Source: a virus
Reading direction: 5' to 3' (one strand)
IMG/VR virus record: IMGVR_UViG_3300010397_000004
Span: 11,023 to 75,022 of that record
Length of the DNA stretch: 64,000 nucleotides
Below the pieces are notes generated by a model, which worked only from the letters and a program-made list of their open reading frames with translations, was not told where the DNA came from and did no database searches. Made by a program: the position numbers and the translations under genes. The first letter of the stretch is position 1. The number at the start of each line of letters is the position of its first letter. This document shows positions 55,691 to 64,000 of this stretch, one piece after another.

Positions 55691-56482
55691 ATGACACGAA
55701 CCCTGGCCGTGACGGCCAAACCGAACACGATCATCGGGTACCGCGCCAGCGGACAGCCGATCCGCCTGCACACCGGTGCGAACTGGAGCACCTTCCAGGT
55801 CACCCCGGACGAAGGCGGCGACGATGACGACGAGCCCGACGACGACGTCGACGACGTCGACGAAACGACCGACGAAGGTAGCGGCGACTGGACGCCCCCC
55901 ACACGCGAGGAGTGGGACCGCACCCAGGCCGGGCTGAAGCGGAACAACGCCGAGAACAAGCGGCTCCGTCTGCTCAGTAAGGCCCTCGCCGCCCGCGGTG
56001 TGGACCCGTCCACCGACGAGGGCAGGACCGCCCTCGACGAGCTGCTCGCCGGCCGCACCGTCGACCCCGACGGCAAACCCGCCGACGCCAGCGTGAAAAC
56101 GCAGATCACGAGGGCGGTTGAGCGGGCAACCGCGAAGACCGAAACCAAGTACAAGGGCGCGCTCGCGGCTGTGGCCGTAGAGGCTGCGCTCAGCCGGGCC
56201 GGGTACTCGGCCGGCGAGGAACGCCTGGCAAGGGTCATGAAGATGATCGACATGGACGAGGTCGACGTCGACGACGACGGCCAGGTCGTCGGCATCGTCG
56301 ACCAGATCGCCGACATCAAGCACGACGTCCCGGAATGGTTCCAGGGCACCACCAAGGCGCCCAGCGTAGTGCGCCGCGGCGCCGCCGACGTCGACGCCGG
56401 CCCCCGATCCACGAAGGCAACCGGCGACACCAAGACCTGGCTCGAGCGGGTCGACAAGCAGATGACCGGCGGCGGGGGCTGA
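55691..56482 (+). CDS. Capsid scaffolding protein
   Basis: 'IIGYRASGQPI', acidic linker, coiled coil, 'IADIKHDVPEWF'. Confidence 0.8.
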   Translation: MTRTLAVTAKPNTIIGYRASGQPIRLHTGANWSTFQVTPDEGGDDDDEPDDDVDDVDETTDEGSGDWTPPTREEWDRTQAGLKRNNAENKRLRLLSKALAARGVDPSTDEGRTALDELLAGRTVDPDGKPADASVKTQITRAVERATAKTETKYKGALAAVAVEAALSRAGYSAGEERLARVMKMIDMDEVDVDDDGQVVGIVDQIADIKHDVPEWFQGTTKAPSVVRRGAADVDAGPRSTKATGDTKTWLERVDKQMTGGGG

Positions 56483-56546
56483 CTCTCCGCACTGCACCTC
56501 CAGCACCACCCACCTGATCGCACATCACGGGCAGGGGGTGGAGTCG

Positions 56547-59500
56547 GTGGTCACCAGGAAACCATTCAAAGGCTCGCTGCATCCCCGCGGTGCGCACACC
56601 GGCAAGTTCGTCGAGAAGCTCGACGTACCAGCGTGGTTGAGCACCGTCAGCGGCCAGCTGCTCGACCTCGCAAGCGGCGGGACCGACCACAAGCAGGCGC
56701 AGGACCAGCGTGTGCACGCGGCCACCCGGGCAACCATGCAGGGCCACTCGCTGGAGACCGCCCGCCAACTGGCCCGGCCCGGCCGGACCGGAAAGGTCGA
56801 TCGGACCAAGCTGCGGGCCCAGGTCCGCGGCCTCGACGACGACAAGCTCGCCCAGCTCCGCACCGAACTGGGCAGCAAGGGCCACCCCGACGCTGTCAGC
56901 GTCGTCGACGCCGAGCTCGCCCGCCGAGCAGGCGCCACCGCGAAGGCACCCAAGGCGAAGCCGTCCCTGGCCGAACGCATCGACCAGGACGGGTACGCCA
57001 AGCAGATCCGCGCCATGAGCGACGACAAGCTCGCCGACGAGTTCGTTCGGATCTCCCGCCAACCCAGCCTCACAGCCCACGACGAAGCCGCGATCATCGC
57101 CATCGCCGACGAGATGGGCCGCCGGGACAACGCCCGGCACGCCGACACGATCAGCACTGAGCAGGCCCACCAGGACGCCCGGATCGACGCCCTCGTCGCG
57201 CGCGGGTACTCGTACCGGGACGCCTACGCCGAGGTGCACGGCCTCGACTCCGACGTGCTGGACCGGCAGGAGCGGGCGTCCCTTGTGGACGCCCAGCGAG
57301 CCAAGGGCGAAACCCGCGAGCAGGCCCTGCGCCGTCTCTACGCCGAGCACGTGCACCTCCAGTACCTGGCCGCCGAGCAGGCGTCGAACGGGCACCTGCT
57401 CACCCCGGCCGCGCGCGCGCAGGGCATCGCCGCCCTGTCGCTGTTCTCCGGCCCCAGCGCGCGGGCGAACAAGCATGCGTCGGATGAGCTGAAGGAGTTC
57501 TGGCGAACCCACCCGCGGGTCACGTACGCGGAGTTCAAGTCCGCGACGTTGGCCCGGCCGGCGGATGCGAAGGCGGCCGAGCGTGCCCGGCAGGCTGCTC
57601 GGACCGCCGAGGTGGCCCAGCCCGGCGACCGTGGTCAGAAACGCGGCCCGCGCAAGAAGCCCACCAGCCGCGGATCGCTCAGCGCCCCCGAGCGCCAGTT
57701 CCTGGTCGGGCTGTCGAAGGAGCACAGCGGGATCGCGTTCTCAGACGAGGACGGGTACCGCGACAAGGCCACCCGCGACCGCCTGGCAGAGCTGGGCTAC
57801 GTGCGGGTCGAGCCGGCCGGTGGCCGGCGGAAGGCCATCCACATCACCACGCACGGGCGCACCGCCGCGGCCGAACTCGACTCGAAAGCCATGGCCTCCG
57901 GGCCAGCGCCGGCGCAGGGGGTCTCCAGCAGCCAGCCGCCGATGGCGCGTGAACTCGCGCAACGGTCGATGACCGACCTTAGCCGCCTGGCCAGGATGTT
58001 CCATGTCTCGAGCAATGCCAAGGATCCCGAGGGTCTGGCCAGGGATATTCGAGCGAGCCGCCTTCGGGCCTGGCGCGTGCCGGGCGAGGACTCCGCCGCC
58101 GACATGGAGAAGGCCGCAGCTGGCGCCGACCATGAACTAAGGCGCGGGTTGGCCGAGATCGACGCGGCCAAGCCGGCGAAGCGGGTGCCGGCAAAGAAGG
58201 CCACCAGGAAGGCCGCCGCCCCTGACGTCGGCGACGTGGCCATCTGGGAGCCGCACGACGAGCCAGCAGTTCGTGGTGTGGTCGGCCGTGACGGACGCGG
58301 CTTGTACGTGGAGTGGCCCAACGGGACCGGCGGAAGCCCTCGCCGCGAGCGAATGACGGCGGTCAAGAAGGACGACCGGGTCCGGTTCGAGTCCCCCGAC
58401 GGCTCGCCGCTGGGCGGTTCGAAGCCACCGGCGAAGAAGGCCGCCAAGGCCGCACCGAGCGCCCCGGTGAAGCGCCTCACCGCCGCCGACCGGGCGCAGG
58501 CCGCCCGGGTGGCCAGTGCGTTCCACCAGGACTGGCAGAAGACCCAGCCCCTGTTGGGCGACGGCACCCGCAAGCCGAAATTCAAGACGACCACCGACCG
58601 GGCCTGGATCCAGGCACACGGCACCGACCAGGTGGACATCGCCAACACCTCATACGCCGACCTGCCCGACGACTGGCAGCAAGAGAACCGCGACGCCGCT
58701 GAGGTCGTGCAGCGAATCCTCAAGGAGCGCGGCGGCACCGTCGACCTGTCCGACGAGAAGACCCGCCTCGAGGTCGGCGACCAGATCCACAACGCTTGGC
58801 TCAGCCGACACGGCACCGAGGACTGGGTCAAGGAATCCGGCCTCGATGTCCCGTTCGCGGAACTGCCCCGGTCGGAGCAGGACAAGGACCTCGACCAGCT
58901 GAAGGTCGCCATGGCCGCCCTGGCGCCGGCCAAGAAGGCTACCCCGCGCAAGGCGGCCGGAGCTCCGCCGACGACCCGTGGCATCACATCCAAGGTCGAA
59001 GCCCGCAGGTCCGGGTTGATCGGGGTCGCCCGCAGTTCGGCTGTGGGCGGCAACAACCCGGCCGCCGAGGAAGTGGCCCGGATGCAGGGCTTCGATGCCA
59101 AGCCCAAGGTCGGCGACGCCAAGGCCGTGGACGCCGTGATCGCGGCCGGTGGTATCGAACTGTGGCGCGGCGGTGACCCGGCCAGCATCGACGCGATGCG
59201 CAGCGGGAACCTGCACTACGGCGGCGGGTTCTTCGGGTCCGGCTACTACTCTTCCGTCGGCCGGGGCGCGGCCGAGGACTTCTCCGGCGCCCGCGGTCAC
59301 AGCGAACCCGGCCACGGCGCTGTGGTTCGGATGGCGTTGCACCCGGACGCCAAAGTGGTCGGGTACGACGACCTCGACGCCCAGTACAAGAGCTTCGAGG
59401 CGAAGGACCCGCAACTGGCGAAGGCCATCGACCGCAACGGGTACGCGGCGATGCTCGGCTACGACGCGGTCCGCGTGCCGGCCAAATACGGGGACGGCAC

Positions 59501-62500
59501 CGCCAGCCCGGTCGACCAGCTGATCGTCCTCAACCGGTCGAAGCTGACGGTGGACCGGGACCAGGAGCACTACGCCACCGGCGACCTGCTGACCGACGCA
59601 GAGTTCGCCGACATGGTGAAGTGGTTCAACGCCAAGGACGCGGCGCAGGCCAAGGCGGACCGGGAAGCCAGTAAGGCCCGACGAAACACCGGGTCGCAGA
59701 CCACGCCAGCGAAGAGGTCAGCAGCTGCGGCACCTCCGTCTCATGTGGACGTACGCCGCGAGTTGGTCGCCGCCAAGACGCCCGACGCGCGCAAGCAGTA
59801 CCTCGAAAGCCTGGGCCTGAACAAGACCCAAGCCAACGCGCTCGCCAAGGCGCTGGGCGCCCGCCAGAACCGCGGCACCGTCGACGAGGTCCTCGACAAC
59901 ATCGTTCGATACTTCGACACCGGACCCGATACAAGGCACCACAGCGAGCCGCCCTCGGCGCCGGCCAAGAAGGCCGCGCCCAGGAAGGCCGCCAACCCGG
60001 GCGGCCTATTCGTCGCCCGACCCGGCCACCCCGGCCTTACGGCGGCGCAGAAGGCCGCGGTGCAGCGCTACACCAACAGCGACCTAGTGACCGCACAGGT
60101 CAACGACATTCTGCGCCAGGGCAAACCCCACACCGCACTCATCCGTCGCATCGACGAAGCCCTGGCCGGGTCACAGACCACAGAGCCAATGGTCACCTAC
60201 CGCGGCATGGCCGAACTGTCTGGCCACGGCCGCGAGGGCGGGGTCCAGCGGGCCCTCGGGCTCAGCGGGTCATCGCTGCCAGACAACCTGGTGGGACACG
60301 AATGGACCGAAAGGGCGTTCACCTCCACCACCCACCGGCGCGGCATCGCCGAGGTGTTCTCGTCTGGTCCGAACCCTGTGATCCTCGAGATCCGGGTGCC
60401 TGCGGGCACGCATGCAGTCGCCCGGCCCGGCGGTGAGGAGGAGGTCCTCCTCGATCGCGGCTTGACGTACCGGGTCGTGGGTGACCGGATCCAGACCCAA
60501 ATGGTGGGGATAAGCGGAGACGAACCGCTCCGGAAGCGTGTCCTCGAAGTCGAGGTGGTACCCAAGGCATCCGGTCGTGAGGCCCGCCAGGCCGAGATCA
60601 AGGCCGCCCGCCAGGTCAGTGATGTGGCCGCCGAGGTGCACGAGCTCGTTGGCAATGGGGCCAGTCCGGCGGCGATACGGCACCGCCTCGACGCCGAGGC
60701 GCAGCGCACGGGCATCGACACCCGGCGCTTGCAGGAGCTGGCCGACAACCCCGACGCGCTGAAGGCTGCCGCCGACAGGATGGCCGAGGCGGCCGGGCTA
60801 CGCCGAGTCGGCGATGTGCACCCGGCGCCGCCGATCCCATTCGACCGACGCAACCACAGCATCGCCGGCCCCGACATCGAACAGGGCCGGCCGGTGGATG
60901 TCCTGCGGCCCACGCACGTCGCCACCCTGAGCACGGGCGAAAAGGTCAACCTTGGGCCCGCCAAGGTGAAGGCGTCCACCCGGCCGCTGCCTGGCAGCGC
61001 CGCCGGCGGGACCCGGCCGGCGAAGGAGACGAAGAACGGCGTACCCGAGCCCGCGGGCACTGTGCGAGCGGAGGGCTACTCCAGCGCGCGGAACGTAAAC
61101 CTGCGAGTGGTGGCCGACGGTAATGGCGGCTACGTCGGCGAGCGCCAGGAACGCGGGACCGGCGAATGGCATTTCGATGGCGCGCTCGGCACCGGGAACA
61201 CCCCCAAGGACATCACCTCGCGCATGCCGCGTGGCCAGTGGAAAATGGTCGCCGCTCCGAAAGCGACGCCGCCGGAGGCCGCCCCGGCACCCCCCGCCCA
61301 GGGCGGCCTCTTGGCCGAATGGCATGCCCAGGACCAGACGCTTTCCGCCGCACCGGCCGGCCTCGACCGCCGCACCACCAACCTCACCCAGGCCCAGCGC
61401 ACCGCCCTGCGTTACTACCAGGGCGCCCCAGGGGTCGGTATCAACGCCGCCCTCTACCGGCCGCCCGCGCAACTACACGGGTCCACCAAGCGCACGATCG
61501 CAGCCATCGACTCGGCCATCGACGGGTCGCGCCTTACCGACGATGTCGAGGTGTGGCGCGGTATCCGCGGCGCCGACCGTGTCTTCGGCCGTGATCTCGA
61601 CGGAGACCTCACCGGCCACGAGTGGACCGAGCCCGCGTTCCTGTCCACCAGCGCCTCGCAACGCGTCGCGGCCGGGTTCGCCAGCGACAACGACGGTCCG
61701 CCCGCCCTGCTGCGCATCCGGGTACCCAAGGGCACCGGTGCGGTGCAGGTCAGCAGGCGCGACCACCAGGGTGAACTCCTGCTTCAGCGCGGGCTGCGTT
61801 TGCGGGTCACCGCCGACCACGGCACCAACGCCAACGGGCAACGGGTGCTCGACGTTGACGTGGTGCCGGCCGCCGAGGCGCCGGCCAACCCGGACGGCCT
61901 CGACGACATGGAGCCGCACAGCCTCCGCAGTTACGCCCAGGAGTACGAGGTCAAGGTCAGCGGGCGCACCGACGACCAGATCAAGGCCGACCTCCGCAAG
62001 CAAGGCATCGGGTCGCCAGCGTTCGAGCGAGCCAAGCAGGACGCCGAGGACGCCGCAGCCGGCGCCGAACCAGCAGTCACACCGGCGCACCTTCCCAGCG
62101 GCAGCACCGCGACCTCCACCCGGGTCGACGACCCAGCCGGCGAGCCCGGCCTGCTGCAAGTCCTGCCCGAGGCGCAACGCGGTGAGCCCGGCGACGGGAA
62201 GTACCGCAACCCGGACGGCACCCGCGGCCCGTGGGGCCGGTTCGGGGCATCTGGTCTCCTGCTGCGCCACGTCGGCCCCGACGGGCAGGCCCGGTACCTG
62301 CTGGGCCGCCGGTCTACGGGCGTCGAAAACGGTGGCACGTGGGCGTTCCCAGGCGGAGCGAAGGACGAGAACGAGTCCGACTACCAGGGCGCCGCCAGGG
62401 AGACAGCCGAGGAGCTCGGTCTGACCGACCAGGACCTGAGCACCGCCCGGGTCAACGGCACCCACACCGCGACCACGCCGGGCGGCTGGCACTACACCAG

Positions 62501-64000
62501 CGTCGCCGCGACGGTGCCCACCCAGTTCACGCCGAAGGACACCGAACACGGGTGGGAGACCGACGAAACGCGGTGGATGACCGCCGACGAGATCGCCGAA
62601 CTGGACCGCAAGGGCGAGCTCCACCCGGCCCTGGCCGGTGGGCAGTTGCAGGCCAACGTTCTCAGCCTGTTCCCCGACACCGCGACCCCGCGCGCGAAGG
62701 GCGGCGGCTCGGCCAGCACCTCGGCGCCTGCTGTCCGACGGATGTCGAACGACTTCTCCGGCGGCGTTATCCCGGTCATCGCGCGCGAGAAGGCCGACGC
62801 GCCGATCCACCTGCCCAACCACGGCAGCGACCAGGGACTGGTTCACCTCGACTCGGCGCTCGGGTCGCTGTGGAACGACCTGTACCACGACCAGCGTGAA
62901 CCGAACTCGTTCATCAACGAGATCGCCATCCTGGGTGACCGGTCGGGCAACTTCCAGATCAGCTTCGACGATGTCCTCGACCGGCTACGCGAACTGAAGA
63001 CGCAGGCCGCCGACCAGGCCGTGGCCAACCGGATCCAGGAGGCCATCGACTCCATCGACTCGCCGCGGGTCCCGGTCCCCGAGGTTCCCGACACCGTGCC
63101 GGACGTCGTGAAGAACTACCTGGCCGACCTCGCCGAGATCCCAACCGCCAGGCGGACGGGCCGCCTCGGCGGGCACGACACCGACAAGTCGGTGCTAGAC
63201 CAGCAAGCTGAACTCATTCGCCGGATCGACGCCGGTGAGGTCGACCGCCACCGCGCTCTCGACCTGCTCCGCGCGAGACACCTTCACGAAAGCACCGACG
63301 GGGCCACGCACATGTGGCGCCTGGCCGACCACCTGGTCACCCCGAAAATCGTGACCGGGTACGAGCGCGGGCCCGACGGCACCATGCAACCGGTCGAGGA
63401 GGACAACCCCAACTACAGGATTGTCCGTGACTGGCTGCGGGACGCCCACGCCCGCCGGGCTGGCCGCCCGACCAGCTCCAGCCCCGAAAGCAAGCCGCCG
63501 GCCACGGACAAACGCGGTGCGGCCCGTGCCGCCTACCAGGCTGTCGTGGACGCACGCCCCTACGCCACCGCCGGCGCCGAACTCGCCGAACTGCTCGACA
63601 AGAAGGCCGACAACAAGGTCATCGCCGAGCACATCAGGGCGATCGCTAACCCCGGCCACCCGGACATGGAGGAGGCCGCCCGCGGCGGCAACGGCGACAA
63701 GATCCGCCGCGACCTCGAGGCCGTCGCCACCGCGTTCGACCGCGGCGACGACGCGACCGGCAAACGGCTGATGCTGGCCCTGCTGAAGCAGCACAACCTC
63801 AGCACCGTTGGCGGCGAACCCGGTAACGAGAAGGCTTTCAACCCGGACGTGCACGAGGGCGTCGGCGGCGATCATCAGACGGGCGACCGTGTGCGCGTGG
63901 TCCGGCCGGGCGTCTCGCTGCGCCGCGGTCCGGGCGATGATGTGCAGCTGTCGCGGGCGTTAGTGCGCAGCGTGCCGACGGCCCCGGCCCCGGCTTTGGC
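56547..64000 (+). CDS. Giant (>2,480 aa, 3'-truncated) polyvalent protein: RyR repeat, three ART/ART-like domains, NUDIX, GrpE-like repeats
   Basis: Manually translated segments all fall in the same frame (start positions divisible by 3). The ORF track lists no + ORF in that frame past 56482, as expected for a frame with no stop before the window end. Motifs are detailed in the findings. Confidence 0.88.
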   Translation, partial: MVTRKPFKGSLHPRGAHTGKFVEKLDVPAWLSTVSGQLLDLASGGTDHKQAQDQRVHAATRATMQGHSLETARQLARPGRTGKVDRTKLRAQVRGLDDDKLAQLRTELGSKGHPDAVSVVDAELARRAGATAKAPKAKPSLAERIDQDGYAKQIRAMSDDKLADEFVRISRQPSLTAHDEAAIIAIADEMGRRDNARHADTISTEQAHQDARIDALVARGYSYRDAYAEVHGLDSDVLDRQERASLVDAQRAKGETREQALRRLYAEHVHLQYLAAEQASNGHLLTPAARAQGIAALSLFSGPSARANKHASDELKEFWRTHPRVTYAEFKSATLARPADAKAAERARQAARTAEVAQPGDRGQKRGPRKKPTSRGSLSAPERQFLVGLSKEHSGIAFSDEDGYRDKATRDRLAELGYVRVEPAGGRRKAIHITTHGRTAAAELDSKAMASGPAPAQGVSSSQPPMARELAQRSMTDLSRLARMFHVSSNAKDPEGLARDIRASRLRAWRVPGEDSAADMEKAAAGADHELRRGLAEIDAAKPAKRVPAKKATRKAAAPDVGDVAIWEPHDEPAVRGVVGRDGRGLYVEWPNGTGGSPRRERMTAVKKDDRVRFESPDGSPLGGSKPPAKKAAKAAPSAPVKRLTAADRAQAARVASAFHQDWQKTQPLLGDGTRKPKFKTTTDRAWIQAHGTDQVDIANTSYADLPDDWQQENRDAAEVVQRILKERGGTVDLSDEKTRLEVGDQIHNAWLSRHGTEDWVKESGLDVPFAELPRSEQDKDLDQLKVAMAALAPAKKATPRKAAGAPPTTRGITSKVEARRSGLIGVARSSAVGGNNPAAEEVARMQGFDAKPKVGDAKAVDAVIAAGGIELWRGGDPASIDAMRSGNLHYGGGFFGSGYYSSVGRGAAEDFSGARGHSEPGHGAVVRMALHPDAKVVGYDDLDAQYKSFEAKDPQLAKAIDRNGYAAMLGYDAVRVPAKYGDGTASPVDQLIVLNRSKLTVDRDQEHYATGDLLTDAEFADMVKWFNAKDAAQAKADREASKARRNTGSQTTPAKRSAAAAPPSHVDVRRELVAAKTPDARKQYLESLGLNKTQANALAKALGARQNRGTVDEVLDNIVRYFDTGPDTRHHSEPPSAPAKKAAPRKAANPGGLFVARPGHPGLTAAQKAAVQRYTNSDLVTAQVNDILRQGKPHTALIRRIDEALAGSQTTEPMVTYRGMAELSGHGREGGVQRALGLSGSSLPDNLVGHEWTERAFTSTTHRRGIAEVFSSGPNPVILEIRVPAGTHAVARPGGEEEVLLDRGLTYRVVGDRIQTQMVGISGDEPLRKRVLEVEVVPKASGREARQAEIKAARQVSDVAAEVHELVGNGASPAAIRHRLDAEAQRTGIDTRRLQELADNPDALKAAADRMAEAAGLRRVGDVHPAPPIPFDRRNHSIAGPDIEQGRPVDVLRPTHVATLSTGEKVNLGPAKVKASTRPLPGSAAGGTRPAKETKNGVPEPAGTVRAEGYSSARNVNLRVVADGNGGYVGERQERGTGEWHFDGALGTGNTPKDITSRMPRGQWKMVAAPKATPPEAAPAPPAQGGLLAEWHAQDQTLSAAPAGLDRRTTNLTQAQRTALRYYQGAPGVGINAALYRPPAQLHGSTKRTIAAIDSAIDGSRLTDDVEVWRGIRGADRVFGRDLDGDLTGHEWTEPAFLSTSASQRVAAGFASDNDGPPALLRIRVPKGTGAVQVSRRDHQGELLLQRGLRLRVTADHGTNANGQRVLDVDVVPAAEAPANPDGLDDMEPHSLRSYAQEYEVKVSGRTDDQIKADLRKQGIGSPAFERAKQDAEDAAAGAEPAVTPAHLPSGSTATSTRVDDPAGEPGLLQVLPEAQRGEPGDGKYRNPDGTRGPWGRFGASGLLLRHVGPDGQARYLLGRRSTGVENGGTWAFPGGAKDENESDYQGAARETAEELGLTDQDLSTARVNGTHTATTPGGWHYTSVAATVPTQFTPKDTEHGWETDETRWMTADEIAELDRKGELHPALAGGQLQANVLSLFPDTATPRAKGGGSASTSAPAVRRMSNDFSGGVIPVIAREKADAPIHLPNHGSDQGLVHLDSALGSLWNDLYHDQREPNSFINEIAILGDRSGNFQISFDDVLDRLRELKTQAADQAVANRIQEAIDSIDSPRVPVPEVPDTVPDVVKNYLADLAEIPTARRTGRLGGHDTDKSVLDQQAELIRRIDAGEVDRHRALDLLRARHLHESTDGATHMWRLADHLVTPKIVTGYERGPDGTMQPVEEDNPNYRIVRDWLRDAHARRAGRPTSSSPESKPPATDKRGAARAAYQAVVDARPYATAGAELAELLDKKADNKVIAEHIRAIANPGHPDMEEAARGGNGDKIRRDLEAVATAFDRGDDATGKRLMLALLKQHNLSTVGGEPGNEKAFNPDVHEGVGGDHQTGDRVRVVRPGVSLRRGPGDDVQLSRALVRSVPTAPAPAL

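Noticed and set aside
56316-63875. Many long minus-strand and off-frame ORFs in the ORF track over the last 7.5 kb
   Set aside because: Shadows of the single + frame giant gene; low-complexity Arg/Pro/Gly translations with no motifs.

Overview
This window is about 64 kb of a high-GC temperate siphophage of an actinomycete. A Micromonosporaceae-like host is inferred from the BldN-type sigma factor and the style of the small accessory genes. attP is intact (phage genes on both sides of a tRNA-Arg(UCU) 5'-half core), so this is the free or excised form. The window starts inside the tape-measure gene and ends inside the head module; major capsid and tail-tube genes lie outside it. Gene order: tail genes (1-6.5 kb); lysis cassette plus a secreted beta-helix protein (6.5-10 kb); accessory/regulatory region with XRE, AlpA-like and GntR regulators, small leftward genes and structured non-coding segments (10-16.5 kb); attP, tyrosine integrase, repressor, cro, xis (16.5-19.4 kb); a long rightward early operon (BldN-like sigma, Gp37/68, exonuclease, DnaQ, two DNA methyltransferases, RuvC, J-domain, DUF2303, helicase, probable origin marked by iterons and a sharp GC-skew flip, EndoVII, three glycosyltransferases, tRNA-fMet); then epimerase, Ntn-protease, JAB protease, terminase, portal, MuF-like protein and scaffold. 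The most striking element is missing from the supplied ORF track because it runs off the window: one open frame from 56547 to the end (>2,480 aa) in the head module. It encodes a polyvalent protein with a RyR-repeat domain, two VIP2-like ADP-ribosyltransferases with different catalytic signatures, a third ART-like domain, a NUDIX hydrolase and duplicated GrpE-like modules. All family calls come from motif recognition by eye; no searches were run.
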